The notes below the pieces were generated by a model. That model was given only the letters and a program-made list of their open reading frames with translations, ran no database searches and was not told where the DNA came from. Shown in pieces: positions 48,775 through 58,160 of a stretch of DNA of 64,000 nt; the stretch's first letter is position 1; every line of letters begins with the position of its first letter. Made by a program: the position numbers and the translations under genes. The stretch comes from a virus (lineage: Duplodnaviria; Caudoviricetes). The stretch spans positions 58,798 through 122,797 of IMG/VR virus record IMGVR_UViG_3300025838_000022, one strand, 5' to 3'.

Positions 48775-48969
48775 TTAGTCTAACATAGCATGAACGGTGA
48801 TGCACCAATATTGATCGCCCGTGATAGCTTCCCACATAGCTATATTCTCATGCTTTTTCCACTCTGCACCTAGCACAGCAGCTTTAGCCTTATCTAAATT
48901 TGCATAGAGACCTGAGATTTCCATGCTATTGTAGCTTGTATCGTAGAGTAAAGCGTAGATTAGTTGCAC
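48775..48969 (-). CDS. Hypothetical protein (last gene of the leftward arm)
   Basis: Converges with the + strand late operon, with a 1-nt gap. Confidence 0.55.
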   Translation of the reverse strand: MQLIYALLYDTSYNSMEISGLYANLDKAKAAVLGAEWKKHENIAMWEAITGDQYWCITVHAMLD

Positions 48970-48970
48970 A

Positions 48971-49657
48971 TCACTCCTTTAGCTTGGTTTGTAGTAAGTC
49001 TGCTTCGTTACCTGCTTCCCTACCGTGCTCATAACCTGATTCTGAGCTGAGATTACGGCGGTAGCCGGGGTCACGATCAATACCCTGATAAAATTCTTCT
49101 ATAGCGTGTTCTTTGTCGCGTATCATTAGGCTAACCGAAGAGTCAACCTTAACTTGATCTGCTATGGTTTTGTCTTTGATAGTTTTAAGACGCTCTGAAA
49201 TTGATAAACAATAACCGCCAAAGAAACTTGTAATCCACGTCCGCTTATGGAACGTAGTATCACTATTCTGCTTAGCTTTAGCTAGCTTGGCGGGCATTTC
49301 GCTAATCATATGCACCACAAGCGTATTGTACAATGCTAAACATAGCTGAATATCATCTTCAGTACCATACAGGTAACAGTAACCGTCACCTCGTAGCACT
49401 CTACAGAAGTTATTCTTAGCTATAGCATTGAGTAAGACACTTTTATCCACATCGTACGGCGCTGGAGTGTCGACCTTCCTACTACCTATGCCGGAACTGG
49501 TATCGCGGTTGTAAAGTCGACTCTGCTCGATCTGATATTTAGTAATCAGTTCTTGAGCCAGTGCCTGAGCTGCTTCTGCTTCGCCAGGGAATGGGGAGCG
49601 ACCGGCTAAGGTCAACAGCTTTTCAATGCGGGACACAATGTCTGATAAATCACTCAT
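48971..49657 (-). CDS. DUF2786-domain protein
   Basis: 'RIEKLL.LA......EAEAA...AQELITKY.I'; C-terminal 'GY..G..AG'. Confidence 0.82.
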   Translation of the reverse strand: MSDLSDIVSRIEKLLTLAGRSPFPGEAEAAQALAQELITKYQIEQSRLYNRDTSSGIGSRKVDTPAPYDVDKSVLLNAIAKNNFCRVLRGDGYCYLYGTEDDIQLCLALYNTLVVHMISEMPAKLAKAKQNSDTTFHKRTWITSFFGGYCLSISERLKTIKDKTIADQVKVDSSVSLMIRDKEHAIEEFYQGIDRDPGYRRNLSSESGYEHGREAGNEADLLQTKLKE

Positions 49658-49744
49658 ACTAATATCCCTTCTTGTTGTTAATCTACCATCGTCAATTAGA
49701 GGACAACAACCTCCCCTAAGACCCCTATGCGGGGGTTTCGGCGT

Positions 49745-49984
49745 TTAATGCTCTAATGTCTCATCAAGGCAGTTAGCTACAGCATGTAACAGCTTACACT
49801 GCTCTTCCATAGCGTTCATAGCCTTGCGATACAACTCGAGAACCTTCTCGTACACGTCGATATCTAAGTTGCCCTTGTACTCGTCATACAACCTGAAGCC
49901 ATCAAGCAACTCATCAAACCGACCTGCTAGTTCATGCAACTGAACCACTGCAGCGTGTGCTTGGAACAACTTACTATCTTCCAT
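49745..49984 (-). CDS. Hypothetical protein
   Basis: ORF preceded by the GCAGTAAATAAACA element. Confidence 0.55.
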   Translation of the reverse strand: MEDSKLFQAHAAVVQLHELAGRFDELLDGFRLYDEYKGNLDIDVYEKVLELYRKAMNAMEEQCKLLHAVANCLDETLEH

Positions 49985-50083
49985 ATATTTACTTTCTACT
50001 TGTTTATTTACTGCGATTTATAACACTTAGCAGGCACCAACTTTTGTGCAATACTTAGTGTATGTAATGATAGGAGTTAGTTT

Positions 50084-52248
50084 TTATACTTCTACTGTTG
50101 CATCCTCCATGTTGATAAGGTTGAGACGTTTGCCACAAGCGGGGCACCATGCGAACATGAGTTCCTTTTTGCGGGAGGTTGCTTCGACAAGCGTATCACA
50201 CTCATCGATGTCGTCGCAAACGTAGGTAAACTTGGTCCATTTATCCATTACTCTTCCTCCTTGTTTCCGGTTACACTGTAACCCTTCTCTACTACAAACC
50301 AGTCGTCGTTCCATCCGTCGACCCATTCTGGACTTGACTCATCCGGCTCAGGGTGGTTGGCATACAACCAATCCCACCCTTCCTCAAAGCTGTCAAACTC
50401 AATACCATCGAACAGGATGTTGTTCATCCAGTCACGGATAAGATACTTACTCATTGTGCTCCTTATCTTGTTTCTACATCATTGTTTAAGATCCACTCAC
50501 GAACATCATCGTATGTTCCTTCTGGATCTTCTGCCATTGCTTGATAAAGATCTTCAGGTAGATCATGAACATTGAAGATAAGCAAGTTAGTTGCGTCTCC
50601 CCAATTGCCATCAGCAGCTAGATAGATCATCTCTTGATCCATTATTCTTCCTCTTCTTTTTCTAACTCAAGGGTAAGCTCAAACCACAGCTCACCAATGT
50701 CTACGCCGAGACTGCACTCGTACCATTCTACTGCATCTGACCACTCTGGAAGAGTGAGCCCACGACTCTCGCAGAACTCAGTGAACTGGCCTTGATCCCA
50801 CCAGTCTACCATGAGCTCTTGCTCGGGTTGGTATCGAGATTGCAACACCTCGATAATCTTACTTACTTGCACTATATCTCCTCTTCTGCTTCTGTGATAG
50901 TCCATTCATCCCAATCGATATTGTCCCACCAGAAGTCAGACTCTGTTGACTTGTCAATCAGTTGCTGACGATCCAGCCAATCATTTAATTTCTCATTTGC
51001 TTCTTCAGGACTGTTTGCCTTAATAGCAATGTCCATAGAAACTCTTGTGTAATACTCTTTCATTATACCTCCCAGCATTCATCGCACGTACCATCATCAC
51101 ATTCGTCACATGGGTGCTTTAATGGAGTATCTAACTCCATACCACATGTTAAACAAATAGGATATTTCTTACTCATTATGCCTCCTCTACTTGTTCAAAG
51201 CGCCAGTCAGCAAACTCCCAATAATATGGTGATGTTAAAGACGCATCAGCCTCAGACAAATGATCCATCATATCTTGAGCTGCTTGTTCTAACTCTTTAG
51301 GGTCAGTTGAATCAACGTGGAACTCAATCTCTACCGTTATTCTAGTTACTGTTCCTGGTTTTTCCCATTCTTCAATAACCTCTTCAACATCTTCTACTGT
51401 TTGTATTGCTTTCTTCTTAGATGCGTAAGCCACTATTCCTCCTCAGTATGTGTACAACATGAACCACAATCGCCACAGTCGCCACAACGACCATCACGGC
51501 TTGCTAGCTCATAAGCATCACCACAGGTGTCACACTCACCTAGTTCTTCAATGTCATCCATCATGCTTCCTTCCCTTCTTCTATTGTGAACTCTTCGTCC
51601 GCCAGGAATGCGTAAACGCGTTTGAGATTATGGATAGCGTGTTCAAAACTACCATTTCTCTCCGCATCTTTAATGCACCACCTAGTTAAGACAATTGCTG
51701 TTTCTAATGTTTCTGCATCCATTATTCCTCCTTTAGGAAATTAGTTAGTGGTTCGCCTGCAAAGTCCTGCATTGCTTCTTCTGTACCACAAGGTGAACAG
51801 ATACGTGATTTGTTGTCTAACCTAGACAAGGCGGGAAACCCTGTGTAGATTTGCTTACAACGCGGGCAGTTCTTTGGCTCATTGACCTTGTCATACAATG
51901 CTGCTTGCATTTGTATGTGTAGATCACCGAGGAACCCACGGAGCTCCATGTCCGCAGTCATCTCAGCATCTTCCATGTCAGCTTCTATAACCTCTAGAAG
52001 ATAACGCAATTGTTTCTCACTCAGATTCATTATTATCCTTTACTTGGTACCACATCATCTTGCCTACTTGGCTACCCAACTCACTATAAACTAACTGGCG
52101 AGCTGTTTTCTCAGCATCTTCCTGAGTCTCTGCTTCCAACACTACGGTTAACCCGCATGTTACTTCATATACTTTCATAGTTCTTCCTCCATCATATCGA
52201 TTACTTCATTGAGTTGGTCACAACGATCTAGTAATTTCTCAATCACTA
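50084..52248 (-). other. Cluster of about a dozen small, mostly acidic early-type ORFs
   Basis: Tightly packed ORFs (e.g. 50248-50454, 50872-51063, 51176-51433, 51722-52030, 52017-52178) with GGAG/AAGG RBSs. Confidence 0.55.
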
Positions 52249-52304
52249 GCATAGCTTCCATCATGTTTGTTGGCAGTGTCATACCATAATCACTTAATTG
52301 TATT

Positions 52305-52556
52305 TTAGACATACTTCATTCCTTTCTCTCGCTTGCGTTTAGATATGCGTCGTTCTTTGGGAGCCTGACCCCCATAGATACCATCCTTAATGCTGTTATC
52401 TAATGCATAGTCAAGACATTGTTTCTTAATTATACAAGCATTGCATATTTCCCTAACTGCTTTCATGTTTGCAATAGCAGTAGGACCTTTCTCGATAAAG
52501 AACATGTTTACATCTTTACCTCGACAGTTGGCTTGCTCACGCCATTCTTCACTCAT
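52305..52556 (-). CDS. whiB: Second WhiB-family transcription factor
   Basis: WREQANC...MFF...CNAC...C..YAL...GIYGG...ER. Confidence 0.9.
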   Translation of the reverse strand: MSEEWREQANCRGKDVNMFFIEKGPTAIANMKAVREICNACIIKKQCLDYALDNSIKDGIYGGQAPKERRISKRKREKGMKYV

Positions 52557-52565
52557 ACTTGCTCC

Positions 52566-52907
52566 TTAATTTCCATAGATACTTACAAACTCATCGAATG
52601 TAAGTTCAGGGCCGGAATGTCCATTGTCTACAACAGTAATTGTGCTGTCGTTATAATCAACACGTACTAAACGCCATGTGTCACCACGCTCACCAAGGCT
52701 AATACCATAGCCAGTTTCTTCCATGACTTCATCTTTGATCATCTGTGAGAAGATAATGCGGTTGAGGTACTCGTCGTCATCCCAACGACTACGACCCCTG
52801 TCCAAAGCTTTGGCTACAACCCAAGGCAATCCTTCAGCGCCCCAATGCGTATACAGAAAGATACTACCTTCTGACATAACTAGCTCTACTTGTCCACGGT
52901 CACCCAT
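52566..52907 (-). CDS. Conserved phage hypothetical protein
   Basis: 'MGDRG....IFLYTHWG...RWDD.EYL.RIIF..M...G.GI'. Confidence 0.65.
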   Translation of the reverse strand: MGDRGQVELVMSEGSIFLYTHWGAEGLPWVVAKALDRGRSRWDDDEYLNRIIFSQMIKDEVMEETGYGISLGERGDTWRLVRVDYNDSTITVVDNGHSGPELTFDEFVSIYGN

Positions 52908-52961
52908 GTTCTTACTACCTTTCTTGTTTGTTTACTGCGTGTTAGCTATTTGCTAACGTTT

Positions 52962-53510
52962 CTACCACGAACTGCGGTAGTAGACATCAACCCCATGCCT
53001 AATAGCATCACGGGCAATTTCAATAACTGCTAAATCTTGTTCCTTGTACTCATCACTAGAGTCATCACCAAAGAAGAACCCTGTTGTTGGTGGCAATTCA
53101 CCTAATTTAACTGCCATCTCTAGTTGGTCAAGGTCACCCATGTTCAACCTTATATACTGGTTGTTGAACATACGTTTCTTATTAAGAGATGCAGCAGCAG
53201 AGATGTACTGTTGTTCAAGGATTAATTGTTGCATTTGATCTTCCATTGTTGCTTTCTCAAGCAGTTCAGGAGTAGCCTTATCCTTATCAACCTCACCAAC
53301 AACCTTAGCAACTACAGAGTCAGGGAAATCTGTCTGACCTTTATAGCCTTGAGCATCAGCCTTGATATTGAATAGTTTCTCCATCCAACCTTCAAGGTTA
53401 GGATGCTTACGCCAAGTGCAGATACCAAGGTAACCAGCTTCTGGTGATACATCAAAATCGGTGTTATCAGGGTGCGCCTGCACACCGTATAGGTACTGGT
53501 CAAGTCCCAT
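52962..53510 (-). CDS. Conserved phage hypothetical protein
   Basis: 'MGLDQY...WRKH..L.GWM...LP.T.GFFFG...YY.SSW'. Confidence 0.7.
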   Translation of the reverse strand: MGLDQYLYGVQAHPDNTDFDVSPEAGYLGICTWRKHPNLEGWMEKLFNIKADAQGYKGQTDFPDSVVAKVVGEVDKDKATPELLEKATMEDQMQQLILEQQYISAAASLNKKRMFNNQYIRLNMGDLDQLEMAVKLGELPPTTGFFFGDDSSDEYKEQDLAVIEIARDAIRHGVDVYYRSSW

Positions 53511-53515
53511 AATGT

Positions 53516-54157
53516 TTACTTACTTTCTTCTGGTCGAGGGCAATCCCCAAACCAATCATCCATGTCGTCTACAAAGCTACAAAGACAGTTGTCTGCTATG
53601 TCTCGTGATTCGTAGTCGGCATGGCTCGCGGGTATATCCCACTCTCCGACAACATTTAACGTGTTGCCATCGTAATTAAGTTCACCACCCCATCCTTGTT
53701 CTTCTTCATAAAACCAATCAAACGTAACTTTTAGTTTAAGTTCTTCGATCTTATTAGCAAGTGCTTCAATGATTTTATCTGGTGGTGACCAAGCAGTATT
53801 AAAGTTGTAAGTAATACTGTTTAAATCGTCATCGATATCATCCATATCAAATGTATCTGATTGCTCAACATTATAAGCGTTCCACTTGGTACCCCAGTTG
53901 CGGATATTCCAATCGTACCAATGATTAGTAGAATGAAGCAATCTATCTTTAAAGTCTTCATACTTAGGTTCTACACCATAGTATTCATCCCATACAGATT
54001 TATCTGGTGCTATTAAACTGTAAAAATTAAAGGATGAAATACTATTATCACCATTAATGTGTTGGCATTCATGAGGCATGTTAAGCAGCAACTTTAATTT
54101 TGTAAGGTCTCTAAAGTTGCCAGTTAATGTTACTGTGTTATATACATGATTGGGCAT
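53516..54157 (-). CDS. DUF1281/YubB-like protein
   Basis: 'MPNH..N', 'WYDWNI.NWGTKWN', 'F.TAWSPP'. Confidence 0.75.
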   Translation of the reverse strand: MPNHVYNTVTLTGNFRDLTKLKLLLNMPHECQHINGDNSISSFNFYSLIAPDKSVWDEYYGVEPKYEDFKDRLLHSTNHWYDWNIRNWGTKWNAYNVEQSDTFDMDDIDDDLNSITYNFNTAWSPPDKIIEALANKIEELKLKVTFDWFYEEEQGWGGELNYDGNTLNVVGEWDIPASHADYESRDIADNCLCSFVDDMDDWFGDCPRPEESK

Positions 54158-54170
54158 GCATATTCCTTTC

Positions 54171-54563
54171 TTACTCGGTTACAATCTCAATTACGTCATC
54201 ACCCGCAATTGCTTTCTTCATAACATCGTTGGCTCGTTTAAGAACCATAGCAGCCTTATCAAACGTAAGACCAAGCGTGTGGCCTTTGTTGTCAACACCA
54301 CCAGTGATGATAATGTCACCAACAATAAGATCAGTCATACCATATGAGTCAACCCATAGAGCAGAACCAAACGCATTGATTTCTGGTTCATTAACCAACT
54401 TACCTTCATCGTCAATCCACATGTCGACATCCAATGATGGCAGGTGAATGCATTGGATTGTACCTCCTCCAATGGCTGCCTTAATTGTCTCATATGATTT
54501 AGACTCATCAAAGTCAACAACATCAAGGTTGTTGTCTGAGGTAACGGTAATTGCATACTTCAT
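54171..54563 (-). CDS. DUF3846-family protein
   Basis: 'IGGGTI..I.......MWIDDEGKL...N......D.IVGDIIITG'. Confidence 0.78.
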   Translation of the reverse strand: MKYAITVTSDNNLDVVDFDESKSYETIKAAIGGGTIQCIHLPSLDVDMWIDDEGKLVNEPEINAFGSALWVDSYGMTDLIVGDIIITGGVDNKGHTLGLTFDKAAMVLKRANDVMKKAIAGDDVIEIVTE

Positions 54564-54592
54564 TTTGTGTCCTAACTGTTTGTGGGTTTAAT

Positions 54593-54622
54593 GGAGCAGT
54601 TTCACCACATGCCCCAGGTGGT
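54593..54622 (-). ncRNA. H-type pseudoknot leader element
   Basis: - strand ACCAC-CT-GGGGCA-T-GTGGT-GAAAC-TGCTCC. Confidence 0.65.
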
Positions 54623-54632
54623 TACTACATTA

Positions 54633-55262
54633 CTACTGAGGCCAACCGATTTGAATTTCCTTACCATTGATAACAATGGTCTTAGGCTGCTGAACAACTA
54701 CAGGTTCAACAACCTCAGGTTCCTTAGCTGCCTCATCAGTCATACTAGACGCCTGAGCAATAATGTTAATCATCTCTTGAACATCATCTCTTGTTGGCGT
54801 CGTTGGCCAACTAGGTGTTGATACAACTGGAACAGTTGCAACTGCTGGAGTGATAGCAGTTAATGGTGGTGGAGTAGCAGGCGGAGTGTATCCCATCTTG
54901 CCTACTCGCACACTGCTAGTGTTGCTAGCGTTAGGCATCCATACCTCTGCACGGCCATCGTCAACACACCTAGCAAGCATGCTTTCCAAGAACCATTTAC
55001 GCGCTTCAGTCTGTGTGTCAAAGCATTCACGCACCGTATTAACTAGGTGCTCAATGGTTGCCTTAGCGATCTCAGGCGTTTCAAATGTCAGGGCGGCGAA
55101 TGTATGATTAGCTCGACCCTTTGGATGCCATGATTTTCGTATCTCAACTTTGCATGGTACCTTGTTACTCACCGTGAAAGCGTAGTCAATCACGTCACGG
55201 GTGCGGTTGGAGTTCCAACCACGACCGTCCTTTTTCTTAAGCCAAACCATGTCTTTTGACAC
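54633..55262 (-). CDS. Hypothetical protein (paralog of 56078-56491) with P/T-rich tail
   Basis: Shared 'RK....AN......F.....AK......FDT..E...WF' core. Confidence 0.6.
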   Translation of the reverse strand: MSKDMVWLKKKDGRGWNSNRTRDVIDYAFTVSNKVPCKVEIRKSWHPKGRANHTFAALTFETPEIAKATIEHLVNTVRECFDTQTEARKWFLESMLARCVDDGRAEVWMPNASNTSSVRVGKMGYTPPATPPPLTAITPAVATVPVVSTPSWPTTPTRDDVQEMINIIAQASSMTDEAAKEPEVVEPVVVQQPKTIVINGKEIQIGWPQ

Positions 55263-55459
55263 AGATTACCTTCCTACTTGACCTGTTAATAATAGCAGGC
55301 GGTCAATTCTGCCTACGCTACTTGCGTATTAATACTCACCATCTTTAATTGCTTTGAGCAATACATGTGTGTATGACCATGCTTCCTGGTCTTGCATTGC
55401 AAGCAAAAGCATCTCAATATGCGTAAGCATATCAATTACTTCTTGACGTGGTATATCAC

Positions 55460-55645
55460 TCATACATTCTCCTTACTTGGGGTGCAGTCACCATTCTCAA
55501 TGAGCGCCATTGCCATACGACCGTAATGCCCTTGCAAACGCCAGGCCATACCGTTATTAATAAGCTCTTGGAACAGCTCAATGATTTCTAGTCCATTGAG
55601 TTCATCCTGCTCATAAGCAATAATTTTACTAGTTAAATCAATCAT
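55460..55645 (-). CDS. Conserved small phage protein
   Basis: 'IIAYE..EL......LFQELI..G.AW.LQGHYGR.A..LIE.G'. Confidence 0.65.
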   Translation of the reverse strand: MIDLTSKIIAYEQDELNGLEIIELFQELINNGMAWRLQGHYGRMAMALIENGDCTPSKENV

Positions 55646-56031
55646 TCGGTCTCCCAACCATACTCACGTAATACTTTCTTTTGTAAATCTTTATGCATTA
55701 CTTCATTCATACTTTTAAACTCTTGCTCATTGTTTGGTAGTTGTGATATAAAATCAATATCAAACACACCTGCCAAGTTATTGGTAAACACAACAAGGTT
55801 ATTAAGGATCTCGTTGCTTGCATTAATAGCAAGAGGAATAGACTGTTTATATGCATCTGATTCAATAAATGATTTAAACTGCTCAGGAATTTCACCTAGT
55901 AACTCTTGCCTGTGTACCTCAAGAGTTGTGTTGACAGTAAAGAATACTTTAACAAGGTCAACTAGCTTTAGTAGTTCTTCCTTGATAATAGCAAGCTTTA
56001 CTTCATCTGACAATTGGATTTCATTATCCAT
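55642..56031 (-). CDS. Hypothetical protein
   Basis: ORF with an AGAAAG RBS. Confidence 0.55.
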   Translation of the reverse strand: MDNEIQLSDEVKLAIIKEELLKLVDLVKVFFTVNTTLEVHRQELLGEIPEQFKSFIESDAYKQSIPLAINASNEILNNLVVFTNNLAGVFDIDFISQLPNNEQEFKSMNEVMHKDLQKKVLREYGWETE

Positions 56032-56077
56032 GATATTCTTTCTGACCTTGTTGTTTTACCTGATAAGCGGTCAATTA

Positions 56078-56491
56078 TCAGATTGGGTAACCAGCATGGA
56101 TTGAACTTGGCAAAGAAGTTCTTTGTTCTGGTAAAGGAGCATCTTTATAGTCATTTAATTGTTTAATAAACCATTCTTCTCCTTCTTTAATAGTATCAAA
56201 CATAATAGTTGAAGCATATAATAAAGAATCTAAAAAAGATTTTGCAACATAACTGCTTCTAAATTCTTTTCTCATAACAACAACGTTAGCTACTTTCTTA
56301 CCTTCAGCACATTTTCTGACTATAAGAACAGCGTTCTTATTGATAATGCCACCATGCTGACCAGCTTTTAAAGTAAAAGATAAATCTACTTGGTGTGAAT
56401 ACCAACGGTGATTTGGTTTGGTCCTTGCTGTCCAAATCAAATCATCATACGCATAAGAACGTCTCCATTGTAATTGTCTACCTACCATCAT
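56078..56491 (-). CDS. Hypothetical protein (paralog of 54633-55262)
   Basis: Shares the paralog core motif; AT-rich coding sequence. Confidence 0.55.
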   Translation of the reverse strand: MMVGRQLQWRRSYAYDDLIWTARTKPNHRWYSHQVDLSFTLKAGQHGGIINKNAVLIVRKCAEGKKVANVVVMRKEFRSSYVAKSFLDSLLYASTIMFDTIKEGEEWFIKQLNDYKDAPLPEQRTSLPSSIHAGYPI

Positions 56492-56720
56492 TCTCCTTGG
56501 GTACAAACATATTGATTGCTTCTTCAATTGCTCGCTTAGCTATTTGCTTATTAACTTCTCCATTCTCTGAATCAATAGCCATCATCATGCCATCCATGTC
56601 ATTGGCTAATCCCTGAAGTAACTCTTCAAACTTTTTGTGAAACAACTTTGATTGTTCAGGGTCATCAAACGTAATGTTAATTTGCAAGTTAGGTCCTTGT
56701 TGGTTGCATTCAATCTGCAT
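56478..56720 (-). CDS. Hypothetical protein
   Basis: ORF immediately downstream of the putative large ncRNA. Confidence 0.55.
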   Translation of the reverse strand: MQIECNQQGPNLQINITFDDPEQSKLFHKKFEELLQGLANDMDGMMMAIDSENGEVNKQIAKRAIEEAINMFVPKENDGR

Positions 56721-56739
56721 AATACTTCTTTCTTACTAG

Positions 56740-57497
56740 TGGATTAGGTGGGCCCGTTGGACGTTCGGGTGGAGCCCATACCCTACACACCGTAACCTCG
56801 GTGTCTCAGTCCAGCTCAGTGCTGGCAACCCCGTCTATTCAATAGGCTTCAGGTTACCTACATAAGCTTCCCCTTATGTTGAGTCCGTGTCTGCATCACA
56901 TCGCGCATATGCTGTCCATGCAGACACAAGAAAGGGGGACAGTTTAACCACATGTCCCAGGTGGTTTGAGCGTCTTCACCGGTACTCGCGCTCACTAGCA
57001 CAATGGTTCCTATCTCTACCTACCAATAAGTATAGATTCTCACGCTCCTCTGCGTGTGTTCTTTAAGGCATCCACTAATCTCCTGCACCGGCTTCCCCCA
57101 TGTGCTGAGTGTGTTAACTTATAATCTCGTAGGATCATATTCCGGTACATCATAAGCTAACAACAGTTCCCGTACACACAATAAAGCATGTACGGGATCG
57201 CCAGTTAAGCTAGCGCAGCTACCACTTTAAAGCCGGTGGCCATGGCATAAGTGGACAGGTTTAAGGAGAGCCTCCGATCCTATGCACACTTCCTTATGCA
57301 CTAAGCATTCTTTAACGCAGTTTTTGATCTGCGAGTACATAGTTCTCTGACCATAGCACCATCCAAGCAACCATACTCCGTATCAATGGCCTAGCAGCCC
57401 CGTCTTTTCAAGAGGTACGGCTGTCTCCGGATAGGGTTTTGACGATAACCCTCCACATCGTCTTACTACTAACTACGCTTGTGAGAAACGCGTGAAG
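56740..57497 (-). ncRNA. Putative large structured non-coding RNA (about 750 nt)
   Basis: No ORF of 60 aa or more on either strand; more than 12 helices, long-range pairings and 3 pseudoknots; G.U pairs favour the - strand. Confidence 0.65.
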
Positions 57498-57665
57498 TTA
57501 GTCGTTAGAGCTAGTGCCCAATACTGCGCGGGCATTGTTGATCATGTCGTCGTAGCTAGGCATTGAAGACAAGTCAATGCCCATAGGCTTAAGCGCATTA
57601 GTAATCTCTTCGATTACATAAAGCAAGTTCAAGCCAAGCTTTCGATAACCTTCTGCTTCAGTCAT
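57498..57665 (-). CDS. Hypothetical protein
   Basis: Probable ATG at 57665 after an AGAAGGTGAG RBS. Confidence 0.45.
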   Translation of the reverse strand: MTEAEGYRKLGLNLLYVIEEITNALKPMGIDLSSMPSYDDMINNARAVLGTSSND

Positions 57666-57666
57666 G

Positions 57667-58044
57667 TTACTCACCTTCTTTCTCGAGCCAGTGGTCCTGG
57701 TGACCACAGCCATCCTTGGTGCCATCACACTCAGGGTGGTGCTCATTGTGGATAGCAAACGGCGCACCAAGAACCTTGATGGCTTCCTTCTGCATCATGT
57801 CATACAGAATGTTGACCTGGTTAAGCGCAAGGCGCAGACCCAGAGGGAACACAACGGAGAGCTTCTCCAAGTCTTCCTTGGATACCTCATCCTCGGTAAG
57901 GATGTTGGCTACACCAATGAAAGGCTGAAGCACAGTACCCATCTTGGTACCCCAATCCTTGATGGCATTGAGGAACTCTGCGTGAGCAACACGTGCAAGT
58001 GTTGCATCGTCAAGTGCAATGTCACCGAAGTTAAAGTCTTCCAT
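57667..58044 (-). CDS. Hypothetical protein
   Basis: ATG at 58044 after AAGGAG. Confidence 0.6.
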   Translation of the reverse strand: MEDFNFGDIALDDATLARVAHAEFLNAIKDWGTKMGTVLQPFIGVANILTEDEVSKEDLEKLSVVFPLGLRLALNQVNILYDMMQKEAIKVLGAPFAIHNEHHPECDGTKDGCGHQDHWLEKEGE

Positions 58045-58160
58045 GATATCTCCTTGTTGTTTATTGTTGCACCTATTTGGTGCATCTGGGTGTAGCCACA
58101 CCTCATACGTGTGTGACTACACCCAGGCACTTGGGTATCTAGTTACCCAAAGACTTCGTG

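Noticed and set aside
52062-52072. Seventh AAGUA-loop hairpin (GCC-AAGTA-GGC)
   Set aside because: Only a 3-bp stem and inside a small ORF (52017-52178); probably chance.
56740-57497. tmRNA, RNase P RNA or group I/II intron
   Set aside because: No tRNA-like ends with a T-loop and CCA, no GAGGAAAGUCC-type P4 signature, no intron core motifs, and the flanking ORFs are not two halves of one gene.
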